From contig NC_045696.1 of the NCBI RefSeq assembly GCF_009834535.1, positions 17,362,001 to 17,426,000 on the forward strand: a stretch of 64,000 nt of DNA. The letters run 5' to 3'. Origin of the DNA: Camelus ferus. Lineage: Eukaryota. The notes beneath the pieces were generated by a model, which had not been told where the DNA came from, ran no database searches, and saw nothing but the letters and a program-made list of their open reading frames with translations. How positions within the stretch are numbered: the stretch's first letter is position 1; every line of letters begins with the position of its first letter. The translations under genes and the position numbers were made by a program. This document shows, piece after piece, positions 38,598 to 50,150 of the stretch.

Positions 38598-38690
38598 AAA
38601 AAGAATATATATATGTAAAACTGAATCACTATGCTGTACACCAGAAACTAACACATTGTAAATCAATTGTACTTCAGTTTAAAAAAAGTT
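38598..38690 (+). mobile_element. L1 extreme 3' tail
   Basis: AACTGAATCACTATGCTGTACACCAGAAACTAACACATTGTAAATCAATTGTACTTCAGTT plus A tract. Confidence 0.85.
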
Positions 38691-39595
38691 TAAAAATACA
38701 GACTTAATATAACTATGTTATAATAATTTCTAGATTACCAATATTAACATGAATGCCCAATTCTAAGTAAAGTAAAATAAGCAAATATAGTTTGATTTCA
38801 TTCTGAAGTAAGATTCTTTTTTTATTGAAGTACAGTCAATTATAATGTGTCAATCTTACTATAAGCAAAGTTCTTAATATTCATGTATATTTATAAATAA
38901 CAGGTGTCTAAAATTACCATAAACTTTTTCCCAATTATGCAACAAGAAATTATTAGACTATGATTCAACCAAAAGACATTCTGTGATGCATGTTCAGAAG
39001 AAGAAAATAAGTGCTATTTCTTTTTTCTACTTATATAAAAGCATTTATTCATTTAGTAAATGAAGTGAAATACATAGATAATAAAAAAACATCCATGATC
39101 TAACCAATTAGAATAACCACTAGTAACCTAGTATATTTCCTTCTAAAACAATATACATGCATGGACACATCCTCAGGGCATCATGTTGTATACAAGGTTT
39201 TATAATCCTCATCATTCATGATTATAATCTGATCATTGTCTTGGGTAAAAGTATCTCTATAAAATTTCCATTATGAAATATGTGCTGGTACAAAAGTTAT
39301 TAAATATATAAAACTAACCATTATTGAATATAAAAATTTAATTGTTACAGTTTGGGACACTTGAATCTATATTCATTTGTTATGCAATATTACAATATTG
39401 CAATAAAACTTTATATGAAAATCTTTGTGAATTTCCGTAACAATTTTACTGGACTAATTTCCAAAATCAGGAATGTACAATTAGATTACAAATGCAATTA
39501 GAACATTGTAAAAAGCATTTGAATTTACATAATTCAAAATAATTTAGAAATTTGTCACTATGTCCTCCAGCAGCCTCCCATAGCTACACGTTCAC

Positions 39596-40005
39596 TGTGA
39601 TAAAAGGTCTGACACTATTTGTGATACTGGACTATAGGCAGCTTTCAAGCCCCACTCCTCTCCCTCCCCTTTTGCCCCACTTCTAGACAAGCCAGCTTAT
39701 CTGAAAGCCCCTGAGCTTCCCCTATTGGTGCCTGTGGGAAATTCAAACCGTTCAAACCCAAGCCCAGCAGAACCTTCACCTTGCCTCCAGCATATAAACA
39801 AACAGAAATCAGGGACACCTGCCCTCACTCGCTCTTGTTTGACTCAGAATCTGACCTGATGGCTTCCTATTGAGGAATTGCTTTGCTGTTTACTCTGTGA
39901 GTAATTACTTTTTTTCACATCCATTGGTGCCTTGTGTGTCATTCTTCCTGACATCTGCATATTCCTGCAGAGGGGTATAGGAGGCTGCATGATGTCCATC
40001 AGACA
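39596..40005 (+). mobile_element. ERVL solo LTR (MER74-family-like)
   Basis: TGTGATAAAAGGTCTGACAC...CAGCTTTCAAGCCCCACTCCTCTCCCTCCCCTTTTGCCCCAC...GGGAAATTCAAACC; related to the provirus LTRs at 7.2-11.2 kb. Confidence 0.7.
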
Positions 40006-40912
40006 TGCCAGGCCCCCAAATAAAATATTTACAGTAAGTACCTATTTTACTACACTTCTGTGGGCTTGATGAGTAAATGGCTTGTTATTATTTTAAATGG
40101 CTAAGGAAGTGTAATTTATGACTGGAAGCTTCCACTTAACATTTCAAATGAACTCATCTGTTAGAGGAGGTGTCGACTGTTTTAAAATAAAAGCACTGAA
40201 GAAACAATCTATTTTCATATGTAGTATACGAGGAAGATAGACTTCAAGCTACAATTTCTGCCCTTACCATCTGTTCTTATTTAATGAGTCTGTTTGATGT
40301 GAATGATGTAGATAATTGCTTCAATTTCTCATTTCATTGTCATTTTGGAAGCACATTTCTGGAAAGACAAAATGAAAATGAACTGGCGTTATTTGGGAAA
40401 AAAATAGAGGCCTATATTTTTTTCTTCAACCACACTCGATTTTAGCAACATTTTGCTTTCAGTAATCAATGTTTGTTTTCAGGAGAAATACATATCCATT
40501 TTTGATATTCAGAATGCAACAGTTGTTGTAATTGTTGACATTTAATTTAGAAAAGAATTTTTGTCTCTTTGCAAAGTTTAATCAAAAGGAAAAATGGAAG
40601 GTTATTGGCTTTAATTATGAATATATATATAGTATTTTAAGAAGAAAAGAATAAAAATCAGCAAGGAAAACTAAAAAAAGTTTAGGTTGAGGCTTCTCAA
40701 TAGGAGAGTGAATTCTCAGGGGAAATGGAGGAACGCTCGATGATGAAAAGGAATGTCTTGGATCAGTCAAATTTCAGCTGTGTTTTGTAGTGATTTCAGC
40801 ATAATTGAGAACAGGTTTGAAGAATCTAAACTCCTGAAACTTATGGGTCATCCTTAAGTCCCTACCTTAAGGTGCATTTGAATACGGAAAGAAAACCTGA
40901 AGCTTTAGAGGT

Positions 40913-41272
40913 CTCTTAGGGACTGAATGTGTCCTCCCCAGATTCATATGTTGAAGCCCTAACTTGCAATATGATGATATTTGAAGATAAAGCCTTTGGG
41001 GGAAGATTAGGGTAGGATAAAATCATGAGAAAGCAGCCTCTGTCATAGGATTTGTGCCCTTATAATAAAAGGTACCCATTTGCTCTCTGCCTTGTCGGTA
41101 CACAGTGAGAAATTTGCCATCTGCAAGGCAGGAAGAGAGCTGTTAACCAGAACCCAACCATGCTGGCACCCTGAGCTCCAATTTCCAGCTCCAGCTGTGA
41201 GAAGTAAATTTCTATTGTTTAAGCCGCCTAGTTTATGGTGTTTTGTTTTAGCAACTTGACCTGACTAATTCA
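40913..41272 (+). mobile_element. MaLR LTR (MLT1A/B-like)
   Basis: GGACTGAATGTGTCCTCCCCAGATTCATATGTTGAAGCCCTAA...CCATGCTGGCACCCTG...CTGACTAATTCA. Confidence 0.85.
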
Positions 41273-41887
41273 AGTTCCGATTCAAGGATTTGGGTCATCT
41301 CCATGTCTATTTTTAATTAAGCGGGAAAGAAACTAGAATATCATCAAAGATTTCTGAGTCTTCAAGATTGGAGAGTGATGAAAGAAATAAAAATTTATTC
41401 TAAATTAATTTTTGACATTTGGAGGTACTTAATATTATATATAATTGTGGAGAAAATAATCTTGTGATTTTTGGAAACTGAAGTGTGATAAAATTTATTT
41501 TATAATATTTAATTACTATAGCAGCATCATGAAGTTTACAGTATGTTATATTTTATGGGTAAATGTTTGAAAATATAAACTATAACCTAAGTGTATGTTT
41601 GTTATGTAAACATGTTGCTTCAACTTTAAATATTTAAGCCAATAGATACATTTTTTGAGATGTAAAACTTAAAGTTGAGTTCCATATTTCATCAATTTCT
41701 GTAAATAGAAAACTAATGACTAATTCAAAACTGATTTATAAAGCATTTTAGCACTTCTATGTAATCTAAAGTTACTCAAGTAAGCAACAATAGCATTTAT
41801 GTTGTAGCTACAATGTAGCTTATTGTAGCTTCTACATTCTGTGAAAATGTTTAAAAACACAAGTAGGCTACAAAATTTTGAGTCATT

Positions 41888-42166
41888 ATTTATTTGTTTA
41901 TTTATTTATAACCTTTTTTTTAAATTGAGGTGTAGTTGATTTACAATGTTGTGTTAGTTTCAGGTGTACAGCAAGGTGATTCAGTTATACATATTATTTT
42001 CCACTTCTTTTCCATTCTTATTCAGATTCTTTTCTATTACAGGTAATTGCAAAATACTGAGTATATTTCCCTGTGCTGTATGATAGGTTCTTGTTGTTTA
42101 TCTATTTTATATATAGTAGTGTGAATATATTAATCCCAAATCCCTAATTTATTCTCCCCACCCCAG
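41888..42166 (-). mobile_element. 5'-truncated L1 3' end with 14-bp TSD
   Basis: TTGAGGTGTAGTTGATTTACAATGTTGTGTTAGTTTCAGGTGTACAGC; TSD AATTTTGAGTCATT at 41874-41887 and 42167-42180. Confidence 0.92.
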
Positions 42167-42261
42167 AATTTTGAGTCATTCTTTATTTTAGATCCAGTTA
42201 ATGCATTGGTTAAGTACATTAAGCTTTAACATTTTGATAGATTACAGAATTCAATTAAATA

Positions 42262-42410
42262 ATTTAATCTCTCAAATTCCTCAATTCCCTCATCTTTAAA
42301 ATGGGAATGATAACAGACAACTCTTTCAAAGGGTGGGGTTGTGGATAAAATAGGGTAAAGCGCTTAGAACTGTGGTTCATTCATAGTCATAATTTGATAA
42401 CTACCATCTA
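42262..42410 (+). mobile_element. MIR fragment
   Basis: CCTCATCTTTAAAATGGGAATGATAA...GTAAAGCGCTTAGAAC. Confidence 0.7.
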
Positions 42411-42576
42411 TTTTACTCTTCTAACTCATTCTTCTACGTGAAGGATGCTTTAAGACTTTTAGTAAACTCAATTTCAACAAATTCTGTAAGAGTCTAGAGT
42501 GAATCTTTGCCTTTCTCTTCCTATAAATAGATTTTGTTTACTCACAGAGAAAACTTTCAAAGAAGATTAAAATGTG

Positions 42577-42970
42577 TGTGGAAATAAATGAAGACCAGGC
42601 AAAGGCTATGCTTGTTACAGAGATTGCTGTAACAAGGGAGTGAGCCACCATCATTTAGGTTTTGACAGAGACTCAGGCAGGCAGAGGAGTTTACAGTGGA
42701 AAAAGAGAAGGCTGCAGGTGTGCCCTGATTGGAGGCTGTTGGCATGGAGAAGCTGGAGTGAGCTGACTAGAAATAGGCATCCTATGTAATTGGTTAGGGT
42801 TGCACATTTGGCTTTTATTGGTTGGTTCTAAGTTGGAAAGTGAGACAAAAATTAGGGAAACTAGCAGGTATTAATCAGGTCCTGGCCATTTAGGGCCAAC
42901 TGTTACAGATGTTTTTATTTGGGTTCCTAGATTATTACCAGAGATGGTGGTCTTACTACAAGTCTGACTC
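42577..42970 (-). mobile_element. ERV1 LTR (MER67-like), truncated
   Basis: Minus strand CCAGCTTCTCCATGCCAACAGCCTCCAATCAGGGCACACCTG...GGTCTTCATTTATTTCCACA. Confidence 0.75.
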
Positions 42971-43526
42971 GTTTGTATCTGCTTATCCCAAACTCCTATT
43001 TTTATCTGCCCCCTCCTTTCCCCTTTGGTAACCATAAGTTTGTTTGCTAATTCTTTGAGTCTGTTTCTGTTCTATAAATAAGTTCATTTGTGTAATTTTT
43101 TTTTTAGACTCCACATATAAGTGATATCTTACGATATCTGTCTGTCTTTATCTGATCTATTTCACTTAGGAAAAGGAAACCCTCCTACCCTGTTGATGGG
43201 AATGTAATTTGTTGTAGCCACTATGGAAAATAGTATGGATATTTTTCTAGAAACTAAAAATAGAATTACCATATGATCTAGCAATCCCACTCCTGGGCAT
43301 ATATCTGGAGAAAACTTTAATTCAAAAAGATACATATACTCCAATATTCATAGCAGCAATATTTACAATAGCTAAGACATGGAAGCAACCTAAATGTCCA
43401 TTGACAGATGATTGGCGAAAGAAGATGTGAGATATATAAATATATAATGGAATGCTACTCAGTCATAAAAAAGAATGAAATAATGCCATTCGCAGCACCA
43501 TGGATGGGCCTGGGGATTATCATACT
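42971..43526 (-). mobile_element. L1 insertion with 5' inversion (42971-43169 minus, 43170-43526 plus)
   Basis: Plus segment ends GATTATCATACT; minus segment begins CTAAGTGAAATAG; these are adjacent in L1 sense sequence. Confidence 0.85.
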
Positions 43527-44634
43527 GTGTTAATGTATTTAGTTAATTAACTTTATTGATGATATATTTTTCTACTAACATCCTCAATTTTAACTACTTC
43601 ATTACATGCCTTGGTAATTTTGCACAAAATGATGAATTTAGGAAAGAATGAGCAGGTGTGCTGTTGCTGTTTATGTGTGTGTATCTATAAACTTACAGGA
43701 TAAATCATATCCTTAGGATATCAAAAGTATAGAAACTAAGAAAAACTATACAATTCTTTAATAAAGCTTTTACTAATTTAGGAGACATTTCAAAGATCCA
43801 CTCAGACTTATTTTTGAGAACAGCCTTCAAATGTTGTTTTTTTTTACTCTTATTTACTCAACTACTAATAAAAAAAATTCCTATAAATCTTAAGAGAAGA
43901 CTCTCATGATACATATAATATTATTTTATGTAAAATGAATATAAATAAAATATTTTAAGAGAGTCCATTTTTTTCATAGCATGGAATTCCTTATTTCTTT
44001 AGAGCTACAAAGCAGGGTACAAAATGTCTTACTTTTGCAGTGAACTCTTTATTAACCCACAATTCATTCAATTGAATTCAACCATTTTATCAAAGCAAAA
44101 GTGCAATGAACAGTAATTAGTTCATATCAACATGAAAAAAAGACACAAAGCCAGTAAATGGGTAATAAGGAAATGGTCAATTTAGTAATAAAGAATAACA
44201 AATAGTCATTACCAACAGTTACTGCAGATTTTATTGCAATGTTGGAGAAGATTTTCTGAAAGAACTTTTTAAATAGAATGACTGTTTTGGTTGAGGTTAG
44301 GCATTTGATGAAGTGTCATACATTGAAAATCTTTTGGCTTTTTACTTGTGGAAATGGCCTCTATATTTCTGGAAGTGCAGCTGTAAAATAATAAAAGTAA
44401 ATTGAGCTAACGGAATCTCTTTCTAGTATTCATGCCAAACCATTTAGAAGCATATTAAATGATCATTTGAATAATTTATGGGTAGTCATTGTCATGATGT
44501 GATGTGTGGTTTGTGATTATAGGCAGCTTTTTTTTTTTTTTTATTAGGTTTCTGGGCTTAATTTCAGGAAATAAATTCAAGGTTAAAGCTCAGGGCACCT
44601 CATCTACAGCTAAATATTAAGCCAATGCTTTTAG

Positions 44635-45161
44635 TGTTCGTAAACCCAATGCCAGTCCACTCTGGACTCCTAAGCAGCAAAGAAAATCTACTGACAGTGG
44701 ATCTTGGTGAAGAAAAGTACCATTTGTTGCAGGGCACCAACCAAGAAAGTGGAGACCAGTCTCAGATGCACTCCAACTTGGCCTTTTAGTTAGCTTTTTT
44801 TTTTTTTTTTTTTTTTAAAGGGGAAGGACAAAGAGGCTAGGATTAATTTTCATCTTGTGACATTTCTGTGATATTTCTTAATCACAGTTTCAAGAGTCAG
44901 GTGTGGCTAGGGGGTGTCTGTTATCTCTACTGGCCCTGGAGAAACAACCTGATATTATCAGTTAATGGTGATGTCTGTAACGGCAATTTTAGTACATTAA
45001 CAATGTGGTCAATAACAATTTTAGTCATCTGACTCTGGCTTATTAGTATTAAGTTAGTACAAGACTGAAGTCAGAAGGGCAAGAAAGAGAATAAAGTTTT
45101 GGATAGATAGATTAATCAAAAGCTCAATAAGGGAACTTGGTTTTAAGGGGACTCAGTTTCA
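44635..45161 (-). mobile_element. ERV1-type solo LTR with 4-bp TSD
   Basis: TG at 44635, CA at 45160-45161, TTAG on both flanks (44631-44634, 45162-45165); internal T homopolymer at ~44795-44816; orientation tentative. Confidence 0.8.
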
Positions 45162-45746
45162 TTAGTAGGGTCAAGTACTACTGGTCTTAGCATTTTACAA
45201 CCACAGGTCCGAATTCTATATTGCTTGGCTTGTTTGAAACACTGAATACTCAGTGTATCTGAACTCACTTTTTGTTACATACTTCTTATTCCACTTAATC
45301 TAAAGCAAATACAGATCTAAGTAACTCTTCCTAGAAGATCACAAATTATGTTAAAAGATGCTTTTTCAGGTTAAAAAAGTTAAAATCATGGTCCTCGTAC
45401 AGATATGAAAATGAGTAAATCATAAAAGCTCTTATTTAATTCCTTCAATGAAGGAACAGAAACGTAATTGGGCCAAGATAGAGTGAGAAGAGCAGACATA
45501 TTTGTAGGTTGTGAAACAGCTCAAAGACAATAAAAGACTAGAGTTACATGACCTGGAGTGGGCTGTCCTTTAGGCAATGCACAGTTCTCTATAAAAATTT
45601 TTGTCATTAACACTGAAATAATGTTTGTGACTCCCATCTAACTAATTGAGGCACTCTGTTCAGATTAAAGTACTTTGATATATAATGTTCTGATTGTTGA
45701 GCTGGTTAATTAAAGTAGCTGTAAATCAGTTCACATCAGATTCCTT

Positions 45747-45936
45747 TGAGACCAAATATACAGAAAAAATGGCCAGATTACATATCACAATAGAACTTTG
45801 ACTCACAACCTCTACAGTGACCAACCCAAGAAGCCAACCACAACAAAGTAGCAAATGCTGACTCCCTTGCTACAGCAAGCTTTGCATAAATACCTTTGGT
45901 TTATTCTCACATGGATGGTCTTTGCTTACTTCCACA
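45747..45936 (+). mobile_element. Internally deleted MER67-like LTR
   Basis: AATAGAACTTTGACTCACAACCTCT...GCTGACTCCCTTGCTACAGCAAGC...TTACTTCCACA; flanks CCTT/CCTC. Confidence 0.65.
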
Positions 45937-46049
45937 CCTCACAACTATGAAAACAAGTCACTATTAGCTAACTTAGAGGAGGGAGAAAACTGAAATAGTT
46001 AAAATAATTCAATATTCTCCAAACTCACCTTTGATACACATTTTAAAAA

Positions 46050-46346
46050 ATGTTCCTATTGAAGTATAGTTGATTTACAATGTATTTTTATCAGGTACAG
46101 CAAAATGTTACTGGTGTGAGGTGATACCTCATTGTAGTTCTGATTTACATTTCTCTAATGATTAGTGAGCATCTTTTCATGTGCCTATTGGCCATCTGTG
46201 TCTTCTTTGGAGGAATGTCTACTTAGGTCTTCTGCCCATTTTATAATTGGATGGTTTGTTATTTTGATACAGAGTTGTATGAGCTGTTTGTATATTTTGA
46301 AAAGTAATCCCTGTTGGTCGCATCATTTGCAAATATTTTCCCCATT
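46050..46346 (-). mobile_element. L1 fragment: 3' tail fused to an upstream ORF2 segment
   Basis: ATTGAAGTATAGTTGATTTACAATG (tail) followed directly by CTGGTGTGAGGTGATACCTCATTGTAGTT (ORF2 end region). Confidence 0.8.
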
Positions 46347-47164
46347 TTTTTCCTTGTTTGATAATCTATAAGCACTAAACTGATAATTCTGAAATTTTCA
46401 GTTGATACAAGTATGAGCTGAATATTGATAATGTGCAAATAATTGGGTTTTAAAAATATCTGATCATTATGTATTATGTCAAAAAATTGGATTTAAACTG
46501 TGAATATTTATATTTTTAATTTCATTAATATATACATGTTAATTTCATTTACAATATCATTTTGATGGTGTTATTTTTATCATTCCAATTTTGTTTATTG
46601 TACCCTATGTATTATTTTCTTGTTCATTTATACCAAAGTTCTGTTCATATATTTTTCAAAAGACTGAAGTTTGGTTTTATTAATTTCTGATTTTGTCTTT
46701 GTTTTTGTTTTTCTCTCTTTCTTATTTTTGACCTTAACTTTACTATTTTCTTTATTCTGTCTTCAACTTTTTGTAATAAAACTTTATCATATTTAGTTGC
46801 AGATTCTGCTATTTCTAAGTCATAATATTTAAAGCCATAGATTTCCCTCCTGCGTGTTGCTTTACAGATGTCCTAGACATTTGACATGCTGTGCCTCATT
46901 AGTATATTTTAAAATTTATAATGGAATTAATTTTTATGTAGGGTTATTTAATAACTGGAAATTTAGTTTCCAAATATGAGATTTTTTTGTCATTAATTTC
47001 TGTTTATTTCCTTTAGAGTCAAAAAATGTAGCATATCCTTTCATCAGAATTCATTGAAACTTTTTATTGCCTAATACAGGCATTATTTTCAGATAATATG
47101 ATCATCTACAGGAAAAATCAACATATCAATTGGCAAACTTTTAGAAAATAAATTTTTTTTTCTA

Positions 47165-48335
47165 TTAAGCATCTTTTAAGCATATATGCTAAGCTTTGTC
47201 CTAAATGCTGGAGCTAAAGCATTGAACAGAAGATCCAGATTTTGTAGCTCATATGAGGTCATCATAAGAATACTTTTTAGTTATGAATATGGAATATATA
47301 ACATCATAAAGTCAATAAAGGAAAAAAAAGTCAGAGGTGAGACGTGATTTAAAATAGAATGCGTGGAGAATGTCTCTCTGACAAAGTATATTTGAGAAGA
47401 AACCTGAGAAATATAAAGGAACATCCATGAAAATATCCACGAGGAATGCTTTTCAGACAAAGATAAATGCAAATTAATTGTGTATTCTAGACAGTGGTGA
47501 AGGTTTAATAGCCAGCTTAAAGGGAGATCCCTGATTTATAGATTTCTTGATTTTTTGTGTTACAAATATTCTGACCATGGTTAGTTTCAACCTACCAACA
47601 TGAAGTTGCTGAATTCAGACACCATGCTATAACATCTCTACCATATATGTATGATAGATCTGAATAGAGCCATGATAGGTGTAAATAGCCTCTAGAATAG
47701 AGATCATACTAAAATTTAGTAAAATAATTAGTATGTGATAAATTTTAAGTATATTTTACCCATGCTTTTAATATAATTCATTTAATTTTTAGCATATAAT
47801 TTACTTTTTAATAATAACTGGGTTTGACAACTGATTTTCTAAATTTCTTAAAATTTAATAATGATCACTCTCATGCAGTTCTAAGGTACCGCTGGTTCCA
47901 GGAAAACAAGGCCAGTCCTTGGGATGGAGTGAGTGAGCAGAAAGAGTAGGAAAAATTAAAGAGGTACATGGGCCCCGAACAGGTAGGGCTGGGTCCAATC
48001 TATACGTAGAATTTTGATATTATTCTGGATGACTAGGGAGCCACTAGAGGGTTTTGAGCAGAGATGGGACATGATCTATTATTTTAAAATGATCACTCTG
48101 ACGGCTTTTGAGAATAGGTTGGATTATAGGAAGTGAAAAATGAGTAAAACCAATTAGAATGATATTTTGACCCTGAGCATCTGGAAGGGTGAAGTTGTTG
48201 TTAACTGAGATGTGGAGAGAAGGGGGAGAACATGATGACATTATATTAACTCTTGAACGTGCTAACTTAAAAATGGCTATTATGCAAGTAAGGAGGTTGA
48301 GTAGGTGTTGAATATATGCAACTGGAGTTTAAATG
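47165..48335 (-). mobile_element. L2 fragments interrupted by a hAT element
   Basis: GGAGCCACTAGAGGGTTTTGAGCAGAGATGGGACATGATCT...GATCACTCTG typical of L2. Confidence 0.7.
47492..47896. mobile_element. MER63-like (hAT-Blackjack) DNA transposon
   Basis: CAGTGGT...CCCTGATTTATAG...CCATGGTTAGTTTCAACCTACCAACATGA...ACCGCTGG with inverted termini. Confidence 0.65.
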
Positions 48336-49324
48336 TCTAAACAACTAACTCTAATGAAAGACTTTACTCCCAATGGCTTTAATAATAAAGGCTTAATGGC
48401 AATTTCATTACTAGACAGATAATATAAGCAATGTCCTGCATTACGTAGACATGTTTAAATGATTTGTCTATGTACATACATAATAATTGTAATTATTCTG
48501 TTTTTTTTTGAGGGGGTGTAGAGAGTTATAAGTTAGTGATATTGGTGAGATGTATAGAAAATACCTTGTTTTCTGTTGTGAATGCTGTCTTTCAGCATTT
48601 ATTCCTCAGTAGTTGGTGACAGTTATAGCCACTCAAGCTAATTCTGTGCTTTCTAATGTGAACTCAATCTATGTGTCCTCAAAGGTGAATAAAAAGAGAC
48701 ATGGATATCTTTGTTTCTCCACCCCAGTAACAGCCCTAAAAAAACAAAACAAACAAAAAAATTGCAAAAAATATTTGGTAGTGATTGCTATTATATATAT
48801 AACATGATTTCTTTTTTTAAATATGTGTTTACGTTTCTTAGCAAATGTTACTTAAGGGTCCTAACAACAAAATTTCACCTATTTTCACAACTAGAAATAT
48901 ATTTTAAAAGCTCATTAATATTCTTGTAATAATTTCATAGCCCTTATCTAATTTAGTGCAAGAATGAGTTAAAAATCATTTTGATTAGTTGTACCACTTA
49001 CAGCTTGGGAGGTCTGAACACAGAGAAATTTTGCTGAATGCCATGTTATCTGTCTGCTCTTATTAGCAAACATCCTTCTTCACTTGGGCTGCCACTGTTA
49101 GACTCTGGTAAGGAACCTGGGAGCTATTTAGAACACTTTGGTTCTGATTCACAATACCAAAGTTTCTGCAATTCTGGGCATGTAGGTAGACCTCATTTCT
49201 ACATTGTGCTGAGCAGGAGAGGACTATGTAGTTAATCCTTACACTTTGCTAAATGCAGTCTAGTTCAGGGGATATAGGAATATCTAATCACTTCAGTTAA
49301 AAGTCAAATAAGCTGAACCCTTTA

Positions 49325-50150
49325 AAAAATAAAAATAAAGTGCTATGGAGGGCAAAAGAAGGAAGAAATCAGAGTTGCTTGGATAAGTCAGGAGGACCTT
49401 TAATGGAGAAAAGAGTATTGAGTTTGAACTTGAGGAATGAATAAAATATAAACAGGAAGAAACAATAGTAAGAGTTCACTAGGCAGAGAGGTACAGTGTG
49501 AGCAAAAGTTCAGGTGTTAGAAAAAGAAAAAATACTTGAAAAACAAATAATTAAATTTTACTGGAATAAAGGTCAGCATAGAGAAACAATACACAGTAAA
49601 GCAGAAAAATAGTGATGCTATTGAGAGGCTTGAAAGCCAGTGTGAAACCTTTTAGTAGGAATTTTAATTATTTCTATGTTTTTATTAAGGAATTGAAGTA
49701 ATTGTAAACAAATCTGGAAAATAATTGGTTGGATATTGAACGCTGCAGAACCTCAATTAGGATCCTGGCAGTAAGAATGGAAATATGAACTACAGTAGGA
49801 ATTTTAGAGGTGGAAACCATAGGAGTTGGAAGATGATTAAATATGGAAAATAAAAAAGAAAGTTGAACCAATATTAACTGTGGAGTTTTAAGCCAGGTGG
49901 ACAAAGAATGGTCCTGCAACTGGGAGGAGTAGGGAAGTTGGGAACAGATGCAGATTTGTGGGGAGTAGAAGTCCAGTTTTGCTCACGTGGTACATTAAAT
50001 AGATGGCTTCTGGGCATCAGACATCCACGTACTCTGAATAGTGAGTGAAAAAGAGAGGGTTACAACCTAGGTACCCTGAGTGTTTTCAGAATAAAAATAT
50101 TGAAACCTATAAAAGTAAATATGATTTTGGGTGTCCTAAAAGGAAGATTC
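49325..50150 (-). mobile_element. Degenerate L2
   Basis: AAAGTGCTATGGAGGGCAAAAGAAGG...CTAGGCAGAGAGGTACAGTGTGAGCAAAAG, purine-rich L2-like tract. Confidence 0.55.

Noticed and set aside
42611..42636. 10-bp inverted repeat CTTGTTACAG...CTGTAACAAG
   Set aside because: Too short for a pre-miRNA and lies inside an LTR.
48039..48054. CTCF-like CCACTAGAGGG
   Set aside because: Lacks the downstream GC(A/G)C bases and is ordinary L2 sequence.
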